Assembly: GCA_041662745.1 (NCBI GenBank)
Contig: JBAZRV010000002.1
Span: 1-32,000, forward strand
DNA from: Patescibacteria group bacterium
Lineage (GTDB): Bacteria; Patescibacteriota; Patescibacteriia; 2-01-FULL-39-33
Direction: 5' to 3'
Length of the DNA: 32,000 nucleotides
Part shown: positions 17,554-29,509 of the stretch, piece after piece
Layout: every line of letters begins with the position of its first letter
How positions within the stretch are numbered: position 1 is the stretch's first letter
Made by a program: the position numbers and the translations under genes
Notes under the pieces: generated by a model
The model's input: the letters and a program-made list of their open reading frames with translations, nothing else
What the model was told of the DNA's origin: nothing
Databases searched by the model: none

Positions 17554-18132
17554 ATGCCTGATTTAAGCTATAAAAAAACCATCATTGATATTTGGAATAA
17601 GTATGAACGTTTTTGGCTGTTTTTAATCGCTATTTTAGTGTTAATTATCGGTTATTTGTTGGTTTTAAACAAGCAATTAGCGAATTATAATGAGAGTCGA
17701 CAGGCAGTGGCCGGCTTACAGGAAAAAATTTCTATCGCTAAATTCCAATTAAACGAATCGCAAAGGAACGCCTCTCAAATAGTTGAATTGACAACTGAGG
17801 AGAAGCGTTTATTATCCTTGGTTTTGCCATCAGCGCCGGATACGCCGAGTATGATAGTGCATTTTACTAACCTAGCCAAGCGCGCCGGTTTCGTAGTTAG
17901 TAATTTATCTTTCAGCGATAGCGTTAATGTTTTGCCCAATGCTCCGGCTACGGCGGCCGGCGTGCAAAAAATAATGATTAAATTGCAATTAGCCGGCGGT
18001 GATTACGACTCCTTCCAATTATTTTTAAGTTTGTTAGAAAAATCAGCAATTATTGCCGATATCAATTCCATTAACGTTACTGACAATGGGGAATCGTACA
18101 ATATTTCCTTGGTAACATACTATCGGCCTTAA
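17554..18132 (+). CDS. PilO-like type IV pilus protein
   Basis: 192 aa; one TM, coiled coil, VVSNLSFSD..., LQLAGGDYDSFQLFLSLLEKSAIIADINSI typical of PilO; operon context. Confidence 0.8.
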   Translation: MPDLSYKKTIIDIWNKYERFWLFLIAILVLIIGYLLVLNKQLANYNESRQAVAGLQEKISIAKFQLNESQRNASQIVELTTEEKRLLSLVLPSAPDTPSMIVHFTNLAKRAGFVVSNLSFSDSVNVLPNAPATAAGVQKIMIKLQLAGGDYDSFQLFLSLLEKSAIIADINSINVTDNGESYNISLVTYYRP

Positions 18133-18135
18133 TTT

Positions 18136-18465
18136 ATGGATAAAACAGAAAAAAAATCATCTAAACGCTTATATTTTTTGCTGATCATCTTGATCGTCAT
18201 TCTTTACGGCGCCTTGGCCTATTGGCAAAAATTTTGGCCGTTTTCTTTATTACAGGAGCAAAGCGTGGTCAATTTGGGCAGTCAATTCGTTAGAATAAAT
18301 CGCGATATTTTTCCCGACGTCAAGCAGTTGAATCAATGCAATGATTGGCCGATTGTCGGGGTTGAGTTGAGTCCTGATCGCGGCAATCCGTTTAAACGGA
18401 AGACGGCGGATGTTAATGCTATTGTTAATACCTCAACCGCGCAATGTCGCGAATTGGGGGAATAA
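18136..18465 (+). CDS. Small single-TM protein, possible PilP/GspC-like component
   Basis: 109 aa; TM RLYFLLIILIVILYGALAYW; VELSPDRGNPFKRK; directly follows the PilO-like gene. Confidence 0.6.
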   Translation: MDKTEKKSSKRLYFLLIILIVILYGALAYWQKFWPFSLLQEQSVVNLGSQFVRINRDIFPDVKQLNQCNDWPIVGVELSPDRGNPFKRKTADVNAIVNTSTAQCRELGE

Positions 18466-18470
18466 AATTT

Positions 18471-20213
18471 ATGCCCGATATCCAATACAATGAGAGAATA
18501 AAAAACTATTTATCCAGCCATAATTTAGTGAATCCTTCTATTTTAGAAGAGGTTCTTAGCGTGGCGAACAAAAGCAAAAAAATGATTGAAGAGGAGCTGG
18601 TGGATCGCAATGTTTTTGGTCGCAATGAATTGCTTAAGGTAAAAGGCGAGGTATTCAATTTGCCCGTAGCCGATCTGGCGGCCAGTCAGATTAAACCGGA
18701 GATTCTTAATTTATTGTCTCAGAAAGTAGCGGAGAATTATAAAGCCATCGTGTTTGCTCAGGAGGGTAAAAAGGTCAGTGTCGGCTTGGTTGATCCAGGG
18801 GATTTCATGGCTAATGAAGCGATTGAATTTTGGGCCAAAACATCCGGTTTTCAAATTAGTTATTTCGTGATTTTATTGGAAGATTTTCGTCGTTTTATTA
18901 AAAGTTATAGCGGTTTTAGTAAGGAAATAGGCACTGCTTTGCAATCAGCAGAAGAGAAATATGCGGAAAAAGAAGAGGGTATAGTATTGGAAAGCGGAGC
19001 CGCTTTGGAAGAAAAAATTAAAGCCGCTCCCGTAGCTAAAATTGTTTCCGTTATTATTCGTCATGGCATTGAGGGTAATGCCTCGGATATTCATATTGAG
19101 CCTGGGCGCAATGAAAGCCGAGTGCGTTATCGCGTGGACGGAATTTTGCATACCTCGTTGACTTTACCGGCCTACATCCATAACGCCGTAGTGTCGCGTA
19201 TTAAGGTTATGGCTAATCTGAAGCTGGATGAAACACGCCTGCCTCAAGACGGCCGTATTCGGTCGCAAATAGACGGCCAGGAAGTTGATTTGCGTATTTC
19301 TGTTCTGCCCATGCTTAATTCGGAGAAGGTGGTCATTCGCGTTTTAGATACCTCCGCCGGCGTTCCCAATTTGGCTCAGCTTGGTTTTCTTGACAACGAA
19401 ATAGAGATTTTAAATCAGAACGCCAATAAACCGTTTGGCTTGATACTTCTGACCGGTCCGACCGGTTCAGGTAAAACGACGACTCTATATTCAATTTTAA
19501 ATCAAATTAAAACGGAAAACAGCAATGTTACCACCTTGGAAGATCCGATAGAGTATTCTATCGCCGGTATCAATCAATCTCAAATTAATCCGGATGTGGG
19601 GTTTACCTTCGCTTCCGGTTTGAGAGCGATTTTGCGCCAAGATCCCAATATTATTATGGTGGGAGAAATCCGTGATAGCGAAACGGCCGAGCTGGTCATC
19701 CATGCCGGCTTGACTGGCCATTTAGTCTTTTCTACTTTGCATACAAACAACGCTTGGGGCGCTATTCCGCGCATGATTGATATGAAAGCGGAGCCCTTTT
19801 TACTCTCTTCCACTCTTAATTTGATTATGGCGCAACGTTTGGTTAGGAAGGTTTGTCCCAGTTGCCGTCAGGAAGTGTCGTTGCCCGGACCATTGCTTAA
19901 GCAAGTGGAGAGCGAAATTAAACAAATTCCGCCAGAATTGCTTAAGCGGTATGTGCCGCAAGTAAGATTTTATCGAGCGGTCGGTTGCGATCTTTGTGGC
20001 CAGAGCGGTTTTTCTGGACGTACGGTTATAAGTGAAATTATTGCTATCACGCCGGAATTGCGAGATATTATTGCTAAAGAAAATTTTTCTAACGAAGTGG
20101 TTATGGCGGAATTGAAAAAACAGAATTTTGTCACTTTAATGCAGGACGGCATAATGAAATCAATGATGGGCCTGACCACCATTGAAGAAGTGATGCAAGT
20201 AACACAAATGTAA
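18471..20213 (+). CDS. pilB: Type IV pilus assembly ATPase PilB (GspE family)
   Basis: Walker A GPTGSGKTTT, DPNIIMVGEIRDSETA, STLHTNNA, CPSCRQ...CDLCGQSGFSGR zinc tetracysteine motif. ATG at 18471 (MPDIQY) gives no overlap; the track also permits 18444. Confidence 0.94.
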   Translation: MPDIQYNERIKNYLSSHNLVNPSILEEVLSVANKSKKMIEEELVDRNVFGRNELLKVKGEVFNLPVADLAASQIKPEILNLLSQKVAENYKAIVFAQEGKKVSVGLVDPGDFMANEAIEFWAKTSGFQISYFVILLEDFRRFIKSYSGFSKEIGTALQSAEEKYAEKEEGIVLESGAALEEKIKAAPVAKIVSVIIRHGIEGNASDIHIEPGRNESRVRYRVDGILHTSLTLPAYIHNAVVSRIKVMANLKLDETRLPQDGRIRSQIDGQEVDLRISVLPMLNSEKVVIRVLDTSAGVPNLAQLGFLDNEIEILNQNANKPFGLILLTGPTGSGKTTTLYSILNQIKTENSNVTTLEDPIEYSIAGINQSQINPDVGFTFASGLRAILRQDPNIIMVGEIRDSETAELVIHAGLTGHLVFSTLHTNNAWGAIPRMIDMKAEPFLLSSTLNLIMAQRLVRKVCPSCRQEVSLPGPLLKQVESEIKQIPPELLKRYVPQVRFYRAVGCDLCGQSGFSGRTVISEIIAITPELRDIIAKENFSNEVVMAELKKQNFVTLMQDGIMKSMMGLTTIEEVMQVTQM

Positions 20214-20241
20214 TTTAATTATTATCAACTAAATTGATATT

Positions 20242-20619
20242 ATGAAAGACAAGAAAATAAACATCCTCATCGTGGAAGACGATGTTTTCCTGGCCGATTT
20301 GTATAAGACCAAATTTGCCCTGGAAGGGTTTAAGGTAGTCGTGGCCTATGACGGAGAAAAGGGCTGGGAAGCGGCGAGGAAGGGTTCGCCGGATATTATT
20401 TTATTGGACTTGGTTTTACCTAAGATGAGCGGTTTTGATATTCTTAAATCACTTAAGGCCGATAGTAAATTGGAAAAAATTCCGGTAATTCTTTTGACTA
20501 ATTTAAGTCAAAAATCAGACGTAGAAAAGGGATTAAAGTTGGGTGCCAAAGATTATTTGATCAAGGCTCACTTTATGCCGTCGGAAGTGGTGGAGAAAAT
20601 CAAAAAGTTAATTGCGTAA
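20242..20619 (+). CDS. Stand-alone CheY-like response-regulator receiver domain
   Basis: 125 aa; ILIVEDD, phosphoacceptor in IILLDLVLPKMSG, LLTNLS, AKDYLIKA; no output domain. Confidence 0.93.
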   Translation: MKDKKINILIVEDDVFLADLYKTKFALEGFKVVVAYDGEKGWEAARKGSPDIILLDLVLPKMSGFDILKSLKADSKLEKIPVILLTNLSQKSDVEKGLKLGAKDYLIKAHFMPSEVVEKIKKLIA

Positions 20620-20621
20620 TT

Positions 20622-21686
20622 ATGGATACCAGTCAGGATTTATTTTTGAAACAGGTATTAACCGAAGGGATAACTGCCAGTGCTTCTGATTGGCATTTTA
20701 CCGTCGGTCATTTTCCGATTATAAAAGTTAATGGCGATTTACGTTATCTGGAAGACAAGGGTGTTATTACGGCAGAATTCATGATTAAGCTGGCTGAGGC
20801 GTTATTGACGCCGACGCAACAGCAAAAGTTAGCCAAGGATAAAGAGATAATATTAACCTATAATTTTGATAAGAATCTTCGCTTTAAAATAAATTTGTTT
20901 TATCAGAAGAGCTTTCTATCCGCTACTTTCCGTTATGTGCCGGTACAGATTCCTGCTTTGAGTCAATTGGGTATGCCGGCAACAGTAAGGGAGTTAATTA
21001 AATTAAATCGAGGCCTGGTTATTGTTTCCGGTGCCTTCGGTTCCGGCCGCACCTCTACCGCCGCCTCCATGATTGAGGAAATAAATATCAGTCGCAAAAA
21101 ATACATCATCACCATTGAAGATCCGATTGAGTATGTTTTCGCCAATAAAAAAAGCGTCATTGAACAGCGTCAGGTGGGCCAAGATACTAATAGTTATGTC
21201 GATGCTCTGCGTTATTTCCAAGAAGAGAGCGGTGATGTGCTGTTTTTAGAACAATTAAACAGCGCTTCTATCATCCCGCCGGTTTTAGAGATTGCTCGGG
21301 GCAGCGCTTTAGTGATTACCACTATGGCTGCCGATACGTGCGCCAGATCCTTAACCGCTATTCTTGATTATTTTCCCGCCTTTGATCAGGAACGCATCCG
21401 TGATTTGTTGTCCGGTGCCTTGAAGGCGGTAGTTTGCCAGAAACTTCTGCCTAAGATTGGCGGCGGCGTAGTTCCGATTTGTGAAATCCTTTTAGTTAAT
21501 GATACGGTCAGGGCGACTATTGCCAGCGGGAATCTTAATCAGTTGGACAATATTATCGCCACCTCTCGCCGTGAAGGCATGGTATCTTTTAATCAAGCTC
21601 TGAACGAGGCGTTAAGGGCTAATTTGATCACTTACGAAGAGGCGCAGGAGCATTCTCCTGATCCTAATGGTTTGGGGAAAAATTAA
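20622..21686 (+). CDS. PilT-like (GspE family) ATPase with degenerate catalytic motifs
   Basis: ASDWHFTVG...PIIKVNGDLR N-domain and ITIEDPIEYVF are PilT-like, but Walker A is GAFGSGRT, Walker B region DVLFLEQLNS, His box TMAADT. Confidence 0.88.
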   Translation: MDTSQDLFLKQVLTEGITASASDWHFTVGHFPIIKVNGDLRYLEDKGVITAEFMIKLAEALLTPTQQQKLAKDKEIILTYNFDKNLRFKINLFYQKSFLSATFRYVPVQIPALSQLGMPATVRELIKLNRGLVIVSGAFGSGRTSTAASMIEEINISRKKYIITIEDPIEYVFANKKSVIEQRQVGQDTNSYVDALRYFQEESGDVLFLEQLNSASIIPPVLEIARGSALVITTMAADTCARSLTAILDYFPAFDQERIRDLLSGALKAVVCQKLLPKIGGGVVPICEILLVNDTVRATIASGNLNQLDNIIATSRREGMVSFNQALNEALRANLITYEEAQEHSPDPNGLGKN

Positions 21687-21698
21687 TTTTTATTAATC

Positions 21699-22910
21699 AT
21701 GCCGATATACAAATACAAAACTAAAGATCGCCGAGGCAATATTGTTGAAGCGGCCATGGATGCGGTTTCTACCGAGGCCGTAGCCAATTTTTTATTGGAT
21801 AAAAAATTGGCCATCATTGACATTCGGCCACAAGCCGCCTTAAGCGTCTGGTATTGGCAGAAACTTTTATTTTTTAAGCGGGTCAGCAATAAAGATTTGG
21901 TTATATTTTTTCGTCAATTGGCGGTAATGGTTGAAGCTAATATCCCACTGGTACGCGGTTTGCGTATCTTAGTCCGGCAAACCAAGAATGATTATTTGCG
22001 TAATGTAATTGACAAGGTGGCGGACGAAGTGGAGGGCGGATCAAGTTTTTCTTCCGCCTTAGAGGCCTATCCCGATGTTTTCACTAAGTTTTATGTCAAT
22101 ATTATGCGTTCCGGTGAGACGTCAGGCCGCTTATCGGAAGTGATGAATTATTTGGCCGATCAAAAAGAAAAGGATTATGATTTGGAATCCAAGGTTAGGG
22201 GGGCGATGATTTATCCGGCCATGATTGTTTTAGTTTTGGGCGTAGTGGGTTTTATCGTCGTAGCCTTTGTTATTCCCGGCATTACTAAAATGTTAGTGGA
22301 ATCAGGCGCTCAGATACCGTTAATTACCAGGTTAATGATGAATTTAGCTAATTTTTTAAGGAATTTTTGGTGGTTAGTGGTGCTTTCAGTTGCTGGTTTG
22401 CTAATAATATTTTTTGTCGGTCGGCAGACGCCTGAAGGCAGACGTTTTCTGGATTGGGTAAAACTTAAAATTCCTATTTTTGGCGCTATTTTTAAGGATA
22501 TTTATATTGTGCGTTTTGCTCAGAGTTTTGCCACCCTGATTAAAGGCGGAGTTCCCATCGCCCAGGGCTTAGCCGTGGTGAAGGAGGTTGTTGACAATAA
22601 ATTATTTGAAGAAATGATTAATGATGCAATTGAAGGCGTTAATGAAGGCAATCAGATTTCTGAGAGTTTGGCCGCCAGTCCTTATTTGCCGCAAATCGTG
22701 GCTAATATGATCAGTATTGGAGAAGAATCGGGAAAATTGGAAGAAGTATTAGATAAGGCTGCCGATTTTTATTCCAAAGAAATAGATAATTCGGTTAGGA
22801 ATCTATCCAATCTGATTGAACCGATAATTATGATTGTTTTGGGAATTGCAGTGGCATTGTTTGTTATTGCAGTCATCTTGCCAATGTGGCAGTTGTCGTC
22901 TGCTTTTTAA
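21699..22910 (+). CDS. pilC: Type IV pilus inner-membrane platform protein PilC (GspF family)
   Basis: FFRQLAVMVEANIPLVRGL, FYVNIMRSGETSGRL, FAQSFATLIKGGVPIAQGL, GEESGKLEEVLDKAADFY. Confidence 0.95.
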   Translation: MPIYKYKTKDRRGNIVEAAMDAVSTEAVANFLLDKKLAIIDIRPQAALSVWYWQKLLFFKRVSNKDLVIFFRQLAVMVEANIPLVRGLRILVRQTKNDYLRNVIDKVADEVEGGSSFSSALEAYPDVFTKFYVNIMRSGETSGRLSEVMNYLADQKEKDYDLESKVRGAMIYPAMIVLVLGVVGFIVVAFVIPGITKMLVESGAQIPLITRLMMNLANFLRNFWWLVVLSVAGLLIIFFVGRQTPEGRRFLDWVKLKIPIFGAIFKDIYIVRFAQSFATLIKGGVPIAQGLAVVKEVVDNKLFEEMINDAIEGVNEGNQISESLAASPYLPQIVANMISIGEESGKLEEVLDKAADFYSKEIDNSVRNLSNLIEPIIMIVLGIAVALFVIAVILPMWQLSSAF

Positions 22911-22956
22911 AGTTTGCAAATTGCTGGTTTTTCTGTTTTTTTATCATTTTTTGTGC

Positions 22957-22962
22957 TATAAT
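22957..22962 (+). promoter_or_regulatory. Candidate -10 element upstream of the major pilin gene
   Basis: TATAAT in an AT-rich intergenic stretch; no clear -35. Confidence 0.4.
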
Positions 22963-23096
22963 TATGTTATAAAATAGCTGTGGATAAGCTAAATAACCCA
23001 TTTAATAAGGGAAAGGTCGAGGAAAAAGCTTAAGAGACAGTTGAATTTTATTCACTCGCGAGTGAACTTAAAATGTTAAATATAAATTATAAACCT

Positions 23097-23507
23097 ATGA
23101 ATAAGAAAGGTTTTACTTTGATTGAATTGCTGGTGGTTATCGCCATTATCGGCATTTTGTCTTCAGTTGCCATTGTTTATTTGCAAGATGCCAGAAATAA
23201 AGCTAATGACGCCAAGGTTCAATCTAATATTGCCACCGCCTCCACTCAAACGGAAATTGCCAGGGCCAATGGAGAAAGCGTTGATTCCGACACTTATAGA
23301 GATTCTGTTATCGCAAAGTTAGGCACTTATCCTTGTACTGCCGCCGGTAAGGTTAGTTGGACCGCTTCACCTTCCACTACGGCCTCTGTTGTTGCTTATT
23401 ATGCCCAACTTTGTACCAGCGATTCCTATTTCTGCGCTGATACCAACGGCTTTAGAGGATTGAATACGGCCGTTCCTGCCGTAGACGGACAATGCAATGC
23501 TAATTAA
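23097..23507 (+). CDS. pilA: Major type IV pilin
   Basis: MNKKG^FTLIELLVVIAIIGILSSVAIVYL prepilin signal; 136 aa; paired Cys in C-terminal part; own promoter candidate and strong terminator. ATG 23097 preferred over 23073. Confidence 0.9.
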   Translation: MNKKGFTLIELLVVIAIIGILSSVAIVYLQDARNKANDAKVQSNIATASTQTEIARANGESVDSDTYRDSVIAKLGTYPCTAAGKVSWTASPSTTASVVAYYAQLCTSDSYFCADTNGFRGLNTAVPAVDGQCNAN

Positions 23508-23520
23508 GATTTGAATTAAA

Positions 23521-23549
23521 CCCTCCCGTTAAATCGGGAGGGTTTTTTT
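23521..23549 (+). terminator. Strong Rho-independent terminator after the pilin gene
   Basis: CCCTCCCG-TTAAAT-CGGGAGGG followed by TTTTTTT. Confidence 0.93.
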
Positions 23550-23565
23550 GTCGGTTTGTTTATGG

Positions 23566-23571
23566 TATAAT
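23566..23571 (+). promoter_or_regulatory. Extended -10 promoter element (TGG-TATAAT)
   Basis: TATGGTATAAT 20 nt upstream of the 23591 ATG, after the terminator. Confidence 0.5.
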
Positions 23572-23590
23572 ATTAAGGTAAATATAACCT

Positions 23591-23974
23591 ATGCGACGAC
23601 TATCTTATAAAATCATTGTCTATTCCATGCTGCTTATTTTGGGGCTGATTTTTACCGGTTTGGCCGTTTGGTTTTATAGCGGTCAAGCGAGGGATTTTGA
23701 GCGTCTTAAAGGCCTAAAAGTCTGGCAGGATATTATGGCTGAATACTTTTCCAAGTACAATACTTACCAAGTCATTAATTGCAATCCGGGCATGGTCATC
23801 AGCCAGTGTTTTCCCGATCGGGCCACCCCGCTTGATCCTATCAATAATGGCAATTATAAGTATCTCGTCGGCACTTTGGGCGAAACCGATTACGAGATTA
23901 ATTTTTATTTAGAGCGCGGTATCGGCGGCCTTAGGGCCGGCGGTTATACTTGGACTAAAAACGGCGTGAAATGA
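23591..23974 (+). CDS. Membrane-anchored pilin/pseudopilin-like domain protein lacking the prepilin signal
   Basis: TM IIVYSMLLILGLIFTGLAVWFY, then LKVWQDIMAEYFSKYNTYQ...NYKYLVGTLGETDYEINFYLERGIGGLRAGGYTWTKNGVK; 4-nt overlap with pilD. Confidence 0.7.
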   Translation: MRRLSYKIIVYSMLLILGLIFTGLAVWFYSGQARDFERLKGLKVWQDIMAEYFSKYNTYQVINCNPGMVISQCFPDRATPLDPINNGNYKYLVGTLGETDYEINFYLERGIGGLRAGGYTWTKNGVK

Positions 23975-24714
23975 TTTTATTTATTTTCATTATCGGCTTG
24001 ATTGTCGGTAGTTTCCTCAATGTCGTTATTTGGCGACTGCATTCAGGCGAACCGATTGTTTTTGGTCGATCGCAGTGCCCGCGCTGCCAAGCTAAGCTGC
24101 GACCGAAAGATTTGATACCGTTACTGAGTTTTATTTTTCTGCAGGGCAGGTGTCGTTATTGTCGGCAACCGATTTCTTGGCAATATCCTTTAGTGGAATT
24201 TGCTACCGGCCTGCTCTTTCTCCTGGCTTATAGCTGCCATCCCCAGCCATTAATTTTTTTTAGAGACGCAGTATTAATTTCTATTTTAATCGTTATTTTT
24301 GTTTACGACTTGCGCTGGCAGTTGATTCCCGATCAGATAACTATCCCCGCCATTATTTTATTGTTTATATTCAGCTTGCTTTTAGGCAGCAGTTTATGGT
24401 TGTTGATCTTTTCTGTCTTAGTTGGTTTTGGTTTTTTCGGCTTGCAATACCTGGTTTCTTCCGGGCGTTGGATCGGCGGCGGTGATTTGCGTTTAGGCGC
24501 TTTGATGGGGGCGACTTTGGGCTGGCCTCTTCTGATAGTCGCCTTATTAATCGCTTATATTATCGGCGCCGCGGTTTCTATGATATTATTGATTTTAGGT
24601 AAAGCCAAAGCTAAGACGCCCATCGCCTTTGGTACTTTTTTGGCCTTGGGCACTTTAATCGCTTTGTTTTGGGGTGAAAGAATCATCAGTTGGTATCTTG
24701 GTCTATTATTATAA
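23971..24714 (+). CDS. pilD: Prepilin peptidase (A24 family)
   Basis: GSFLNVVIWRL, CPRCQAKLRPKDLIPLLSFIFLQGRCRYC, YDLRWQLIPD and GGGDLRLGALMG aspartates. Confidence 0.94.
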   Translation: MILFIFIIGLIVGSFLNVVIWRLHSGEPIVFGRSQCPRCQAKLRPKDLIPLLSFIFLQGRCRYCRQPISWQYPLVEFATGLLFLLAYSCHPQPLIFFRDAVLISILIVIFVYDLRWQLIPDQITIPAIILLFIFSLLLGSSLWLLIFSVLVGFGFFGLQYLVSSGRWIGGGDLRLGALMGATLGWPLLIVALLIAYIIGAAVSMILLILGKAKAKTPIAFGTFLALGTLIALFWGERIISWYLGLLL

Positions 24715-24717
24715 TGT

Positions 24718-25230
24718 ATGTTACGACATAAATTACAGCAAGGGTTCACTTTGATTGAATTGCTGATTGCCATCGCTATTTTTACGATGCTTTCTTCTTT
24801 TATGGTGGCCAGTTTTACCAGTGACGAGAAAACCCGCCTATTAAAAGAACAGGCTGATTTGGTTTTAGCCGGAATTGATCAGGCGCGTAATTTATCTTTG
24901 GCCGGCAGCGGCCCAAGCAATATTTATTCTCAACAGTTTGTTTTTACTGTCAGTAATTGCCAAACCGGTTGTTTTTATGAGGTCAAGGGCCGAGATCCGG
25001 ATCAGCAGATAGTCAAGAAAAATTTAGAGGGGATAAGCGTCACTGTTAAAAATGAAACGAGCAATCAGTTGTCAATTTCTTTCGCCGTGCCTCGGGGGCG
25101 AATGGCCTTGTCCGGCGATAGCAATCCCAGTGAGGCCCAGATAGAAGTCAGTAACAATTCAAGCGCTTTTTGCATCCAAGTTAACAGTATTTCTGGTAAG
25201 GTTGAGGAAATTAAAGGCAATTGCCCGTAG
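24718..25230 (+). CDS. Minor pilin/pseudopilin (GspH/FimT-like)
   Basis: QQG^FTLIELLIAIAIFTMLSSFMVASF; 170 aa; follows pilD. Confidence 0.85.
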   Translation: MLRHKLQQGFTLIELLIAIAIFTMLSSFMVASFTSDEKTRLLKEQADLVLAGIDQARNLSLAGSGPSNIYSQQFVFTVSNCQTGCFYEVKGRDPDQQIVKKNLEGISVTVKNETSNQLSISFAVPRGRMALSGDSNPSEAQIEVSNNSSAFCIQVNSISGKVEEIKGNCP

Positions 25231-25234
25231 TTCT

Positions 25235-25849
25235 ATGATAAGATTAAAAAATGACCAATCCGGCCAAAGCCTGATTGAATTGATTGTTTCCATCGCTGTT
25301 ATAACTATCGGCCTCTTTTCTGTTTGGTTTTTATTTTTGGTTAATTTTAATGCCGTTAAAGAGTCGGAAATGCGTATTGTAGCGGCCAATCTGGCTCGCG
25401 AAGGAGTGGAAATAACCAAAAATGTCCGTGATAGCAATTGGCTGAGAATGGCCAGGAATATTCCCGACGAAACCTCTTTGTGGCTATGGGATAGGGGATT
25501 GGCTGATGGCAGTTATACCGTTGATTATAAGAGTGGTTTATTTGAGGTTACAGACAGCAGCCAAACTGGTAAATTATTTTATGGTATTGATGGCTACTAT
25601 TCGGTTCAGCCGTCAAATAAAGCCTCTTTTTTTTCCCGTTTTATTACTTTAACCTCCATTTGTTGCAATGATAGTAATCCCGAAGATTTAAAATGTGATG
25701 ATACGGCTTATTTTTCTCCTACGGATAGCGGCGGTTGTCCTAATAATACCCTTAAGATCGGTATTAATATCAGTTCTCGTGTCACTTGGTCTTATTCCGG
25801 CCAGCCTCGCCAACTCATCGTAGAAGATCAATTGTTTAATTGGCGTTAA
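25235..25849 (+). CDS. Minor pilin (PilV/GspI-like)
   Basis: NDQSG^QSLIELIVSIAVITIGLFSVWF prepilin-like N-terminus; ATG 25235 lies just after the preceding stop. Confidence 0.8.
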   Translation: MIRLKNDQSGQSLIELIVSIAVITIGLFSVWFLFLVNFNAVKESEMRIVAANLAREGVEITKNVRDSNWLRMARNIPDETSLWLWDRGLADGSYTVDYKSGLFEVTDSSQTGKLFYGIDGYYSVQPSNKASFFSRFITLTSICCNDSNPEDLKCDDTAYFSPTDSGGCPNNTLKIGINISSRVTWSYSGQPRQLIVEDQLFNWR

Positions 25850-25852
25850 TTT

Positions 25853-26428
25853 ATGGAATCAAAATCTAATTACAATCAAGGGTTTACTTTAATAGAGATG
25901 CTGATTACTGCCGGTTTGTTTGCCATTACTTCGGTTTTGGTCGGCGGAGTTTTTATCAATGTCAATAATCTCCAGCAGCAGACTGCCAATATGCAAAAGT
26001 TGCAAAATGACGGCCGCTATATGATTGAAAAAATAGGCCGGGAAATTCGCGGCCGGGAGCTGGATTATGAAAGGACTTTGCCGCCTGTTGACGGTAAGGT
26101 TGATAGGCTGATATTTAAAAAGGATGAGGCCGGGGAGATTTGGCAATTGGCTTATGATCCGGAAGATCTTACGGCTAAGATCTTTATTACTACCCTTAAC
26201 CCCGATGGCACTGTTTTCGCCCCCCTAAACGCTTCCGACGTGGGCGTAAGCAACTTGCAGTTCATCGTCAGCCCGATTTATGATCCTTATGCCGGCATTA
26301 CGGCCGATGATTATATTTATCAGCCGAAAATTACTTTACTTATGTCGATTTATAATAAAAATGCGCCCGATCGCTATCGTAAGGAATTGCGGCTGCAGAC
26401 TACGATTTCTTCCAAAGTCTACCATTAA
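25853..26428 (+). CDS. Minor pilin (PilW/GspJ-like)
   Basis: NQG^FTLIEMLITAGLFAITSVLVGGVF; 191 aa. Confidence 0.85.
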   Translation: MESKSNYNQGFTLIEMLITAGLFAITSVLVGGVFINVNNLQQQTANMQKLQNDGRYMIEKIGREIRGRELDYERTLPPVDGKVDRLIFKKDEAGEIWQLAYDPEDLTAKIFITTLNPDGTVFAPLNASDVGVSNLQFIVSPIYDPYAGITADDYIYQPKITLLMSIYNKNAPDRYRKELRLQTTISSKVYH

Positions 26429-26430
26429 TT

Positions 26431-29342
<2,912 letters not shown>

Positions 29343-29443
29343 TTTCATTAAATGCCGTTGTAACTATTTATTGCCCGGCATTACCGGCGATTGACAAGGA
29401 GCAAGGCAAAAAATCCTGATTTATTAAAATAAAGATTGAATTA

Positions 29444-29466
29444 AACGCCTGCTGACAGGCGTTTTT
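29444..29466 (+). terminator. Rho-independent terminator
   Basis: AACGCCTG-CTGA-CAGGCGTT followed by TTT; between ligA and the 29510 CDS. Confidence 0.8.
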
Positions 29467-29509
29467 GCATACTTGATTTTTTTCGTTGTTTTATGTTATT
29501 ATTTAGTAT

